Part shown: positions 1 to 13,887 of the stretch, piece by piece
Position numbering within the stretch: the stretch's first letter is position 1
Layout of the letters: every line of letters starts with the position of its first letter
DNA from: the human T2T-CHM13v2.0 reference genome, Homo sapiens
Assembly: GCF_009914755.1 (NCBI RefSeq)
Contig: NC_060928.1
Length of the DNA stretch: 64,000 nt
Direction: 5' to 3' (one strand)
Translations under genes and position numbers: made by a program
The notes under the pieces: generated by a model
Told to the model about the DNA's origin: nothing
The model's database searches: none
What the model saw: only the letters and a program-made list of their open reading frames with translations

Positions 1-1357
1 AGTGCATACATACAATAATTATCACTTTATATTTTAGACCCTCTTCTTCAGAAATATTAATGAAGATTTGTTCAAACAATTTTAGAAACAAATCACTAAT
101 CAAAATAACTACTTTTTCATGATTACTAAAATTTCTATCATATTATTTTTCATATTTCTATTTTCTTTCAAAAACACTATATACTCATTGAAAATAAAGT
201 CTCATCTGCCCCTCAAAGATAAAACCAATGCACACTTTTCTGCCAATTCTATTTCCCTCATTTTACATTAATTATGCATATTTTGCATGCTAAAATGGAC
301 ATGGCTCTGATGAACCTGACTTTGCCCCTTTTTTTGCATAGTCCTTGATTTATTAGCATATTTTTGTTTGTATGTGTGTGGCAGGGAAAAGAATGGAAAG
401 AGTTGCAAACATGTATATAGTTCTCTGCCAGTGGCTAAAAAGCACACGACACTGAATGAAGTCAAGTAATTCTGTATCTTAAGCCCTGGAAACACCTTTG
501 ACCAACAGCAGCAGAGTTCTATAGAGGCAGGTAGACGTCCTTCTGGAGTTGCCAAATAACACAAAACTTCCCCATACATCCCACTGTATTTGTTGAAAAT
601 AAAAATTACATTGCAAGAAATATAGTGTCCATGAGCAAGGCCAGTGAATTTTTTAATGAACAATATGAAATCTTAATGACACGATTGATTAAAATATTAA
701 CTATGAGTAGCCATGGCAATTGATTTCAAAGCAAAAAAGACATAGAAAAGTCACAGAATTTCCCTCCAGGTTTTGTTTCTCATATTGGCAGACATTCAAA
801 TTCTGTAAAATATCTTAAACTCCATGTTTAAATTTTTACAGTTTTCGTATTATACATAAAAAGACAAAATGCAATTTGGGTACAAAATTTCTATCATGCT
901 GGTGCAAAATATGCCAGGAGGACCTTATAAACAATTTGTTATAATTCATTAAAAAGTTTATTTAGAATTTTAAAATTCTAAATAAAAAATCTTACTGAAT
1001 CCAATGAAATTAAATCATGGGAATTATTTAATTATTCTAAATAAAATTTATTTAATGATTCTATTTAATTATTCTATTAAATAATTGTTAAATCACTGAA
1101 ATAAATTATTTAACTAAATCATGGGACTGATCTAATCATTCTAAATAAAACATTATTAAATTATTTAAGTATTCTAAATAAAAAATCTTCTTGAATCTAA
1201 TGAAATTAAATCATGGATATCTCATTTCTCCATTTGAATTTGAATATATGGTAGAATGTTCTCCATTACAGCATAAAATCTTTCACTTTGCAGTGGTCTT
1301 TTTGAAAATTTTTATTTTGAGAAAATTAACATCGTAAATTATAAATATGAAGAGTTA

Positions 1358-1605
1358 TTTGTAGTAGTAAAAGCAAGGGCTTTAGAGTCATAAACACATG
1401 GGTTTAAATCTTGATTTAATCTTTCTTACTGAGCCATCTTTGGTAACTGACTTAATGCCCTGAAGCTCATTTTCATCATCTATGAAAAGAGATATTAACA
1501 TCTAGTCTATAGGGTTGTTAGAAAGGTTGAACGATATAATGTCTATATAACGTTTAACTGTAGTAACACTCAGTAAATATCTGCTGTTATCACCATCATC
1601 ATCAT
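1358..1605 (+). mobile_element. MIR SINE relic
   Basis: MIR-like segments: ggctttagagtca..gggtttaaatc, core cattttcatcatctatgaaaag, gggttgttagaaaggtt and an (atc)n tail. Confidence 0.75.
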
Positions 1606-2371
1606 AGATTTGCTGAAAGGACTCTCCTCTAAGAATATCTTATTTATTTTAAGTTTAGGCATCTAATATTGAATCAGAGTAAGAAGAGGCAGCAATATTG
1701 AATAGTATAGGAATAATATCAAGACTTGCTCTGTAGATCACTGGAGTTATAAATCTTGCCTATGTACTTAGCTAAGCAAGGGCCAAGGCAATTTAGTCAG
1801 TTTAAAAATCTTGTCTGTTTTCTTATTTTTTTAAAAAAATTCACTATCATAACAGTCAATTCAATCATGCCTGTAGATAAAACATCATTTTCAGGGTAAT
1901 ATATTTTGATTGCTATTGGAACTGGGTCTTGACAATATAACTATGCCTGAATTGAGCTATTTTATTTCCCTTTAAGTATTTTTTCCTACATAGATACATG
2001 CGTAGCAAGGTATATGTGGAGTATATATCCAAAACAAACAAACAAAACTAGGCTACTATTCAGACACTTAACAAAAAGGAAATCTTTTTCTTTCTCTTTC
2101 CCACTGAATGTTCCCTCTGTTAAAGATAAATACATTAGTAAATAATAAATTTGAAAGTTTAGTAGAAAAGCATCATTCAATGAAAAATTTGGTGAACAAC
2201 AAACAATTTGTGAATTTGAATTTGCAAATAATTTGATGAACACAACTAGTTTTCACATTTAGAGAATAAAACTATTTGCAATTGCAGAACCTACCCATTT
2301 GTCTCTTCTTCAAGTATCATTTTTAGCTCTATACGACTTAAAGGAAAAACGGAGAAAGCTTAATAAAGTAG

Positions 2372-2372
<1 letters not shown>

Positions 2373-2401
<29 letters not shown>
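2373..2401. repeat. (TG)n microsatellite
   Basis: Perfect TG run of about 14 units. Confidence 0.98.
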
Positions 2402-2403
<2 letters not shown>

Positions 2404-2774
2404 TTTTTCAGATTAAATTTTGCCAATTAAGGAAGCAAACAAAATAAGAAAAATCCGACTTTTCTTTTTCATAGCCAAATCAGAAAGTAATACACCTTAA
2501 ATTTGGGGAAGGGGTTAAAAGGGGTTCTAACTGGCAGGAACCATCTTTGTTAAGCTACTTAGTAATGAAAAACCTGGCTTCCCACACAGCTCAGCCTTAC
2601 CTCCCTCGCTCCACATCCCATCATAACAAAGGGGCAATTAAAATTAGTGCAGAATCACCAGAGACCTTGCTAATAAGTCCTGTACCCCATCCACTGCAGG
2701 TGATTAAAACGACTTTACTGGGGAAAAGGCAAGCTCTTCTCCAATAAAGCAAAACAGAACTGAAGGAGGAAGGA

Positions 2775-3005
2775 AAAGGCCATGGAGCCAGATGGCTGAG
2801 TTTGCAGTTTTGCTCTGTTATTGACTAGCTGGGTGAACACCATCTTTTCCCTTAGTTGTTATGCTTCTGTTTCCTTAACTGTGAAATGGGGTAAGAAGAG
2901 TAACTTTAACATGAAGCTATTGTAGGGTTAAATGAGGTCATCACATGTAGGTGCTTAGAGCATTCCCTGGAACATAGTAAGTGCTCAATAAATGAGCTAT
3001 TAGTA
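2775..3005 (+). mobile_element. MIR (MIRb-like) SINE
   Basis: Core ctgtttccttaactgtgaaatgggg; 3' end cctggaacatagtaagtgctcaataaatg. Confidence 0.85.
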
Positions 3006-3213
3006 TGTGTACAAGGAGATCTCCTCTTGTGCTATCCCACGGAAGTCTCTCAAGCTCCAGAAGCTTCTCAAGGCTCTCAAGCCTCTCTTGGACACTCCTC
3101 AACCCAGGAAGGTCAAGAATTTCAGAGGGTATTCTACATGTGAGTCCACAGTTGTGCATTGACTCCTCCATGGCTGGACATAGAGAAAAGTGTGCTTGCT
3201 AGCTAGCTAGCTA

Positions 3214-3558
<345 letters not shown>

Positions 3559-4821
3559 CACTAGAATTATATCAGTCTACTACTTCAAACAGCTATAGGA
3601 TGAACAAGTGCAGGTGTGTATTCTTAGAGTAGGGTTAGGGTTCTTTTTCACCTTCTGAAACTTTGCAAGTCAGTGTGTAGACATGGGGAAAACACGGAGT
3701 TGAAATGTTTGCTACAACCTTTGTTGTACCTGCTTGTTTCGCCGTGCCTCTTCTCTCTTCTAGTGCATGAGTTTGTTAAATCTGATCTTCATATACACGA
3801 GTACATGACACAGGAAACATCTTTTTTACTTTTCCAGTTGTGCCTTTATTTCATTTTCAAAAAGGCATTGTGTTACCCAGTCTTCTGAGGCTGAGGGTTG
3901 ATAACTAACACCTTCAAATATTTTTAAAAGAATCCATTCTTGTTTTCAGCCACATTATTTGTAAAATAATGAAAGAAGGAAATTATGAAGTAGAGTTTTT
4001 CTAGGACACAATGAGTTGTCATTAAAATGGCACACACTTCAAGATGGGAATACGAAATCACTGAACAAAAACCCTGAGATTTAGGCATAAAAGATGTTTT
4101 TCAGCTGTTTTTGTACCTTTAGTGTTAATGATGGAACGTTTTTCATGTAACCATAACCCTTTTTTCAAAACTCAGTCCACCATTACAGGAAACAAGGACC
4201 AACTGCTTCAATAATCTTGGCAGATGTCAACAATCCCACTTCTTGATTATTTGCAAAGGCTTTCTAGCTTGAAGGAAGATAAGGTATCACTAGTTGCCTG
4301 CCCTCTATAGGAGACTTAGGTTATGGAAACCCTATATGGTAATCCCATGTGGTGGTTTGAAAAATGTAAAACATTTAGAGAGCGAGAGCGAGAGAAAGAT
4401 AGAGAGAGACTCCATCTTGAATTAACATAGAGTTTACTAGTCATAAGTTTGTAAGGAAATTACAAATGATTTATTGACTTTCATAATGAGGTTTCTAGGT
4501 TTCTTTCTTTGTTTCTTTTTTTAAGTTTACATTATCTTGTCCTCCAACTAGTTCACTTCCCTCAGGAATTCAAAAAATTAACTTTGCCCATCTGACATTT
4601 TATTTTGTTGTACTCTGAAAGGTTCGTTAAATAAATTGAAACCTCAAAACCAGTGACAAAATTTCGGAGGACTAATACTAGAGAGAGTAATTACATGAGT
4701 GGCATTTAGACCTAAGCCTAAAAAGACAGTTTTAATTTTGCAAAGTGTTCCCAATTATATTTATGGAAGTTGGACAGATTTCCTCTATGTAATGGAAAGG
4801 CAGGGCTTAAAAACAAAATGA

Positions 4822-5240
4822 TCACTTATTTGTGGGAGCTAAAAAAAATAATTAAAAAAAAACAATTAACCTCATGGAGATAGAGAATAGAATTATGGTA
4901 ACCAGAGGCTGAGAAGCGTAGTCAGGGGGAAGGGAGGTGGGGATACTTAATGGGTACAAAATTATAGTTAGGTAGAATGAATTGAAGCTAGTATTTGTTA
5001 GCACAATGAGGTAATGACAGTTAACAATGATTTACTTGTACATTTAAAAATAACTAAAAGAGTATAATTGGAATGTTTGTAATCCAAAGAAAGGATAAAT
5101 GCCTGAAATGCTGGATATCCCCATTTACCCTGATGTGCTTATTAGACATTGTACACCTGTATAAAAATATCTCATGTATGCCATGAATAGATATACCTAC
5201 TAGGTACCCACAAAACTAAAAACAAAGCAAAATAAAAATA
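4822..5240 (+). mobile_element. L1MA-type LINE-1 3' UTR fragment (L1MA1-4-like)
   Basis: ctcatggagatagagaatagaa..accagaggctg..gtacccacaaaa, A-rich tail, flanking direct repeat aaaatgatc. Confidence 0.85.
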
Positions 5241-5455
5241 AAATGATCCATACATGGAATTTTATACTTGGATAGTCTGACCATCAATAATAACGCATAG
5301 TTTACCTTTTAGGTCAACTTTCTGTAAATTATTCTTTAATTATAAGTTCACCAATGTTAACATTTCAAATGTTAGATTTCAGCTGCTAAATTCTCATGGC
5401 TAGATGAATTTAATATGTTTAAGTCATTGAAAGTCACATCAATTAAGGCTATAAG

Positions 5456-5590
5456 TAAAGAAAATATAAATATTTAAGGTGATGGATAACCCAATTACAC
5501 TTAACTTGATTTATGTGAATGTATCAAATTATCACACAAACCCTAAAAATATGCACCAGCCATGATGTATCAATAAAAATAAATAAATAA
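5456..5590 (+). mobile_element. L1MA-type 3' terminal fragment
   Basis: ggtgatggataacccaattac..gtatcaataaaaataaataaataa; candidate TSD aaggct(a/g)taag. Confidence 0.75.
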
Positions 5591-7401
5591 AGGCTGTAAG
5601 CTCTACTGTCACCTCTGGAGCCAATGCAATGTGAATTCATCTGGTCTTTGACATGTCAACATAGCTGCGTTACTAACTCAGCAGTCAATTTGCACATTGA
5701 ATTAGTGACAGAGGCTGAAGGTCAGAACTCCACCTCACTGTTTGCTGGCTGCCCACATGTGATGATGATGACTCATCTCCCCTCTGCAAAGGCCCTTCTT
5801 AATTAACCCTCTCCTCGGTAGAGCAGATTACAAAATGATTCCCTTCCCAATAGTTTCAGAAGTTCCAGTAGTTCTCGAAGTTATGCTGAAGGTTCACGTT
5901 CTTAACGTGTATCGATTTCCATTTGTTAAAAAGTGGTACAGAAAATAATCATTTCAATGTGCTTACCTCCAATATAAAGTAGTTAAAGAGCCTATGGGTG
6001 CTTATTTAGAAAATTAAGTACCATGTTGGTTACCACAGGTCTCATAACTCTGCTTTTGATTCTGTCACTTTGTTTATCCCTAAACAGAATTTTACTTGGT
6101 GTTGTGGTTTAGAAAGCTATTCAATTACAAATAGGTTTCGTTCTAAGACTTATATTGTTTAATTTATGTGCATAATTCACTACTGAATAACAGTGAAAAG
6201 AAAAAGAACAAGTTGATAAGAAATATGAACATGATAATTCTACAAAATTCTACAAATTTACCTCAAAATGAGTCTCCCTAAATTTGTAAGTTATGCCTAT
6301 CAGATAGCACTTACTATGCAGCATATAAATCATATTTTAAAAAATAAAATAACAGGATGTTAAATTTAATCTCTTTCTGAAACCAATATTTCACTTTTTG
6401 GAGTTGTATTAAAAAAATCATGCTTCCCTTCCCCAACCCCCAAGACAGATATAAAAATAATTAGGCAATGTGCCTTATTTATTACATGAGAAAAAATTGA
6501 ATTTTGTATTATATACAAAGATTAGGAATGGTATTGGATATTATTTAAAATAAAATGTATAATATAATTATATAGTAGACTAATCTGATATAATTTCAAA
6601 TTTCTTGTCAGTTCTTTTTCTTCCACTTGGCAAAATTGGTGGGATAATTATTTTTAAATTCTAATGGGGCTATAGAAGAATAGGTATTACTGTAAAAGGA
6701 GTTCACAAATCTTAAAAAATGAGAAAAAACTAAAGATATGAAAAGAATCGAATGAGATCACCATTCAAATTGGAACTCAGTCACTTTAGTAGCCATGGCC
6801 ATTAGATCTGTTAATACTTTAGTCAGTTCTCTGAACTGTCAAGTTAGAATGAGAACTCACTACCATAGAGTATCTCATTCACTGACATATGCATGAGCAC
6901 ATAGCATAATAGAGGCCTTTGATGAAAGTCCGCTGTGGATTTCATTCTGCCGCTTGGAAGCAATGCAGGAAACAACCTAACCACAAGTGGGACCACACAG
7001 ATCACTGCATGGATGCTGAGCAGGTCTCATTCTGGGTCCTCCTCAGACATGACTAACTCAGTTCAGTAGGAAATGGAACGCTCTCTGTTCCCTCAAAGCC
7101 TCCTATGAAGAAGCACGTTCCCTTTCTTGGCCAAACTGTCTCCTCCTTTTCCATAGATGCTGGATTTGGTACTTAAATTAATTTGGGGCTTGTAATGTTT
7201 CTATCAAACATGTCCTTTTTCCTTTGGCAAATGTTTTGTTTCACTCCAGTATTCAATGGCAGGTCTTTGCATTCCCTAGAATTTTTTTTAAGCTTCATTT
7301 TTTTTTTCATGTTTAAATTGGAGTCTTAACCCCTCCATGTTGGGTATTCTCAGCTCTGGTTTATCTCTGATGGAGAAATAATAAAGTGGTGAACACCTCC
7401 G

Positions 7402-7495
7402 TTTGTTAATTTATTCATCAGGTATTTTCTCAACATACTGTGTGCATCACACCTGTGTTAAGCATTTCAGGGGATGATATAGGATAAACACACAT
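7402..7495 (-). mobile_element. L2 3' end relic
   Basis: atttattcatcaggtattt..tactgtgtgcatcacacctgtgttaagca resembles the reverse complement of the L2 tail. Confidence 0.55.
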
Positions 7496-8368
7496 TTAGA
7501 AGTTAAGATATAATACACAGCTAAAATATGGGAAATGTCACTAATTGGTCAAAAAAACCCTTATGAATTTACAGTCGGAACTATAACTGGTAACTGTAAA
7601 GGTCAAGAGAGACATTTTTATACTAGAGGGAATAAAACTGCATTTTAAAAAAATGATTATATCGTAAGAAGCCATGAGATGTGATAAGGGCATTGAGACA
7701 AGGTAAGTAGTATTTGCAGAAACTTGGGAAATAAAATAATCATATTCCTTCCCCAAATTGACATTGTATATGGAGGAGGAAATGAATTTAGAACATAGCT
7801 AGTCAAGGACTATGAGCAGCCTACTAAAGAGAAGGGACTTTATAGTGAATGTGAAGTCATTGCAAAGTTTTTAAATGAATAAAGGTGAAAGTATTTATTA
7901 TCACTGCCATTGGTGTAATGTGTAGCCTAAGCTGTCTACATTCAACTGTGAACTCCTTCAAGACTAGAACGCCATCTCATGCATCTTTGCATTCCCTTCA
8001 ATGTTGAATAAACATTTGCATAATGAATAAAAGATGCAACAATAGTAGTGCTTATTTGGATACATCTGCAGAGGAGAGAGAGACTAGGAGATGGCATATA
8101 AATCAAGAAGGCATCATAACTCACTATAAGGGACTATATATCAGAGGAGAATCCAGCTAGCCCTGAAAAGAAATGCTCACTTCTTAAGAATTTTTGTAGA
8201 CGTTGATTGAAATAGCAATTTGTAGGAGTTAAGAATGTCTCCTTGGTAATTTAGGATGTCAAACTAAAAGGACTGGAGTATGATGAGAAGTCAGCTTTAA
8301 GAGATTCACAGGATTATCTAGCATTTTTTCATCATTATTTCTAACATTAACACAAACTATGTAAATGA

Positions 8369-8672
<304 letters not shown>

Positions 8673-10373
8673 AAACTATGTAAATGATTAATGGTTCAGA
8701 ATTTATTTACTCTTTTAAAAAGATAAACATTAAGTAATGTGAATAAAGATATAGAATTTACTGAAGAAACTAAGATAAATGTCTGGGGACTGTGTTATTT
8801 TCCAATATAATTGTGTTGAACACCTACACAAAAAAGATGATCAGCACACACAACTATTTTAACTATGTATCTATATATATATTTATATATGTATACACAC
8901 ACACATTCATATATATGTGTATGAAATAGTTCAAATTTTATCTGTACTATTTTACTTGCCCTGGTTTCTTTCCTTCCCAAAGTTTTGCCATTGTAGACTT
9001 TAGAGCAGTAAATTTTAGGTAATGATTTGCAAATGCTCTTTCCCAATTCCCATGTTGGAAAAAGATGCATATACATATATGGGGCAAATACGTTATTTTC
9101 TTCAAATTGAAAACATAAGATTTTCCCATTGTCTATTGAGATTTAATGTCTTTGGATTGAATTCACACTTGCCTTCTGTGTTACAAAAGCATTTCCAAAG
9201 AGACTGGAAACAACTGTGAGTTTCCCATTGTCACACTGTCTCCTTAATAGTGATAGTTTAATATAAATGCTTCTCTAGCTTGACTAGGAACATTAGTCAA
9301 ACCAAGTGAAAATGACATTTCCCTAAGTTGCTGAATCTGCCTCCTTCTCTGTTTACCTGTATTTACCTCCCAATTGTCTTGAAAATAAAATTAGAGTTAC
9401 ATGCACTACTTCATCTGGTGAAAAAAAAATAAACTTCATATTTTGCAACACTTAATAATTTTTTGTAATGCGACCTTCAGATTCTCACTATTATGGTCAT
9501 TTTTCTTTGGAAATATATTTTTCTTTGATCTTTTATTTTTCCTGTTGCCAGTATTAACTTTGCAGATTAACAAAAAAGAAAAAGCCTCTTTAGTTTGAAG
9601 TACTTGTAATTTGTTTACAGAACCCCAAGAAGCCTCATGTTCTAGAAGGGGTGTGACCCAGGTTCCCTCTGTCTCCAGGCGTTCTTCCAGGGATTTAAGG
9701 CCAGCATCTCCCCAGGTGGCGAAACACTCCTACATTGTAACGCACTCTCTCCTATCCCATGAAGATGCGTACATCCTGTATATGTAGCTCCAAGCTGTAG
9801 TATTCTAAATTAAAAAGCTTATTTTCCAGGTTAAAGAAACCTGTGGTTCAAAGGACATCTCATGGTTCAAAAGAACATAAATAATGGATTTTCAGTCTCT
9901 GCAACACATAAGAGAATAGGATACTAAGTCTCGACCCTAAATGTTCAATGCCCTCAATACCTTTAGATTCATTGAATTGAAGTAAGTCCATTTCACAACA
10001 CCTCTGGGGACAGCCAACATCAATTGTGCATGAGAAAATATGGATTTTAAAATAGCGAGGGGTTAAAACCAAAAACAGATTGTTTCCTAAAACCAAAGAA
10101 AATAATCTATATAACATTATAAATATAATTACTATCTATAATATTATATATAATGATTTAATTTTAGGATGGGTCTCCTATTTCTTCACATGTGTTTCTT
10201 TCATTGTGGGGTACTCGGGACCAACCATGAATAATTCTCATGTCTTCCTCCGAGGCATGTGCCCAGATCCAGGCCTCACCTAACTAATTGCATCCTCAAC
10301 TAACTGCATCCTGACCTGACTAACTGCTTGATTAGGCTAAACTAGTCATTCTATCTGAATTCTGCTAGGTGTC

Positions 10374-10760
10374 TGTCTTAGTCTGCTCAGGCTGCTATAA
10401 AAAATATCATAGACTATGAGACTTAAGCAAAAGACATTTATTTCTTACCATTCTGGAGGCTGGGAAGTCTAAGATCAAGGTGCTAGCTGGTTTGGTTCCT
10501 GATGAGGGCCCTCTTCCTGACTTGCAGATGGCAGTTTTATTGCTATGTCCTCTTATGGCAGAGAGAGAGAGAGAAATAGAGAGAGAGGGAAAGATCTCCT
10601 CTCTCTTCTTGTAAGGGCCCTAATCCTGTCATAAGGGATTCACCTTCATGACCTAATTACCTCTCAATGGCTGTATCTCCAAACACCATCACACTGGGGA
10701 TTAGGGCTTCAACATATAAAATCTGGATGGGGTGGGGGCAGTACAATGTATTCCATAGTA
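10374..10760 (-). mobile_element. MLT1A0-like MaLR solo LTR
   Basis: tgtcttagtctgctcaggctgctataa..ggaggctgggaagtctaagatcaagg..tagggcttcaacatat; 5-bp flanks gtgtc/gtatc. Confidence 0.88.
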
Positions 10761-11132
10761 GTATCAATTTATCTAGAATTCGTATAAGCCATGTAAGTAA
10801 TTACTTAATGATACAGTGCTGCCGGGAACATTCTTTCATGATCACTTGTCCATTCTAACATTCATCCATTTAACTAATAGGATTAAAATTCTAACAGTAA
10901 ATGATTTGGTTGTTATCACCATCCGGTCTCATTTTCCATCAGATCTCATTGAATATTTGCCTTCAATGTCTTTTCACCAGAGTGATTAATGTGGGCAATC
11001 CACAGATTATATCAAAGGTGGGAGATGGGCATGTCCTAGAACCAACCATCGTTCTCATCTCAAAATAAATTCTGTGAAACAAAGGCTTTGGATTTTCATC
11101 CTCATTTTTTAAAAATCTTAAACTTGTATTTT

Positions 11133-11295
11133 TTTCATTCATTTGTTAATGGATTCAACAAATATATTTTAGGAATTACATTAGAAACTGTGTGGAGTGC
11201 TGAAGATAAAAAATGAGTAAGACAAAATGCCCTTGACCTCAAGTGGGTGATCATCCATCAGGCAGGAAATTCATAGACAAATTATTATAAAGCAA
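11133..11295 (-). mobile_element. L2 (L2c-like) 3' relic
   Basis: ttcattcatt..ttcaacaaatat..atgagtaagacaaaatgcccttgacctcaag. Confidence 0.65.
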
Positions 11296-11839
11296 TTGGC
11301 CTTTTATGTTCATATTTACAAGCATTTTCTACTAGAAATGTTTAAATCAGAATCTTTCATATTTGTTTACTTTTAACTTACCATATTTTGTGCTTTTTTT
11401 CTGAAGTTTTAAATCTTTTCTTTGTGTAACAATAAGTGGCCAAAAGAAAATAGCATTTTTGTATTATTAACAGGTGGTAGAACACCACGTATTCTATATT
11501 TCTGACCCTGGGGAAATAAAATTAACTCTAGTGTAGCGTGATAATATTTCCAACGATGTGTAAGGAAAATCGTTCTTGTATTAAATAACAGCAGGAGGGT
11601 ATTAGACCTCAGTAAGAACTCTGGTTATTTGACTGTTATAGAAAGCCATAAGGAGCCGAAATAAAAAGACCACTCTTCTGTTGTAATATATCTGAGGCAC
11701 TGACTTTGTGAATATAAGGAATACAACATGCAGAACAATTTGGCTCTCTCAGGAGCTAGGCTATCTCAGACATTTTAGAAGATCAGAAATGTTTTTACTT
11801 CAAAATCCCATGTTCTATGCTTCTCTAGGGGCACTGGAG

Positions 11840-12151
11840 TGTTTGTTTGTTTGTTTGTTTGTTTGTTTTTTAGAGATGGGGTCTCACTCTGTCTCCTAGG
11901 CTGGAGTGCAGTAGCGCAATCATGTCTCACTGCAGCCTCCAACTCCTGGACTCAAGCAGTCCTCTCACCTCAGTCTCCCAAAGTGTTGGGACTATAGGCC
12001 TACACTAGCATGGCTGCCAATTTTTTTTTTTTTTTTGAGAGATGAGGTCTCACTATGACCAGGCTGGTCTCAAACTCCTGGCCTCAAGCAGTCCTCACTC
12101 CTCAGCCTCCCAAAGTGCTGTAATTACAGGCATGAGCCACAAAACCCAGCC
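11840..12151 (-). mobile_element. AluJ with (GTTT)n tail
   Basis: Reverse Alu with J-type ctcactgcagcctccaactcctggactcaagcagtcctc. Confidence 0.92.
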
Positions 12152-12487
12152 TGGGTATTTTTCTCCATCTTTTGCTACAGCATGAGCTGGAAAGACCAAT
12201 ATATTTGTCTGCTCTACACAAGGTGTGTGCTCTAACCTTCTCGTTGCTTTCTTGAAAGATCTATGCTGGCCTTCGTAGAAGATATATTGTTGGCATATCA
12301 CAGACATTTGTTTTTTATCAATTTATTCACTTGGTAAAATAGTATTTTGTTACAATGCTCCTGAAATAAATGACTAAATACATAAATACAAAAACAGGTG
12401 AAGTAGATGACTGTGAGGGTAGTGTGGATGTTAATGACAATACCAATACAAGAAAACAGCAGAGACGGTAATAAGAAAACTTAAAGT

Positions 12488-12572
12488 TGAAAGGTTAGGT
12501 AATTACATTTTCCAAGGTTGTGCAAATAGTAAAGAAATAAACAGGCCTCAAATTCTGGTCTCTCTGACCCCA
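12488..12572 (-). mobile_element. MIR fragment
   Basis: aggttaggtaatt..ccaaggttgtgcaaatagtaa..ggtctctctgacccc. Confidence 0.5.
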
Positions 12573-13129
12573 AATAGGAAGAGCTAAGCCAGAGAGGGGG
12601 TGGCCATATAAGAGATATGAGACCTGGGAATCAGGATACCTGAACAGATCAGGTTTGCCTTAGAACCTCCTGCCTCTTTATGTCGCCCCATGTTTACTCT
12701 CTGTAATGGCCTGTCTATATCACCTTATCCCACAACTAGGATTAAGAAAAGTATTCATGTTTGTAACACTAGGACCCCAGAATCACTTCTGATAATCCTT
12801 TAAAAATTGCAGTATAGAATACATAGGTGAAAAATAAATGCAATGGAAAAAATGCCTTGGTTCAAATGGCAGGATGATTTTTACACCTGCTCAGGCTTTC
12901 TGCAAAGCACTGGGACTCAAAGTAGGTGAACGCACACAATTATGAATATGCACGTATACACATACGTTTTTATATAATTTAGCTTCAGATTGATTGAATT
13001 GTTAAATATTTCAGTACATTTTGGGGAGAGTTTTACTTATGCTGAGGCAAACCGTATGTTAATTTATTTGGATGGATTTGGAAAGATGTTTAAAATAAAC
13101 TAACACAGTACATAATTTATCTTCAAACC

Positions 13130-13195
13130 TCCATTGCCTGATGCAGTGCCTGGCAAATATTACAGCTTCAGTAAATGTTTGCTGAACTGAATTAA
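13130..13195 (+). mobile_element. L2 3' terminal relic
   Basis: cagtgcctggca..cagtaaatgtttgctgaactgaa. Confidence 0.6.
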
Positions 13196-13586
13196 GGGTG
13201 CTAAACTGACATTTCTTCCTTTAGTTTACAAAATCCGAATCAAGAGCTCTTCACTATTTAAAATGTATGTCCTAATTCTCCATTTCCATTGAGTAATTTA
13301 CATTTAACTGCCAAACTAATTGATGCTATGAAGTTGCCTAAGGATTAAGATTCTTTTGCGGGAGGATTATTTGTGTCGTATTTTTCATTCTATTTGTCTT
13401 TAAGAAACAAAGTGAGGGGGACTTTCAACAAATGGATGCCTTTCTATACCGACCGAGGATATGATCTAGAATGAATGTTTAATTTATTTTTAACCAGAGT
13501 CCTGTCAGCACATGGTATTTCCAACGAGCAACACATGATTTAAATTGTAGTTTACAGAGGTGTTCGGGTGTTCAGTGATCCTTTAG

Positions 13587-13887
<301 letters not shown>

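Noticed and set aside
2941-3202. Coiled-coil-like peptide QERLESLEKLLELERL
   Set aside because: Arises from a short ctcaag repeat, and the ORF runs into a MIR.
9708-9722. CTCF-like tccccaggtggcga (and a gggggcgc match near 26040)
   Set aside because: Several mismatches at informative positions, so not distinguishable from chance.
11027-11036. p53 half-site GGGCATGTCC
   Set aside because: No adjacent second half-site.
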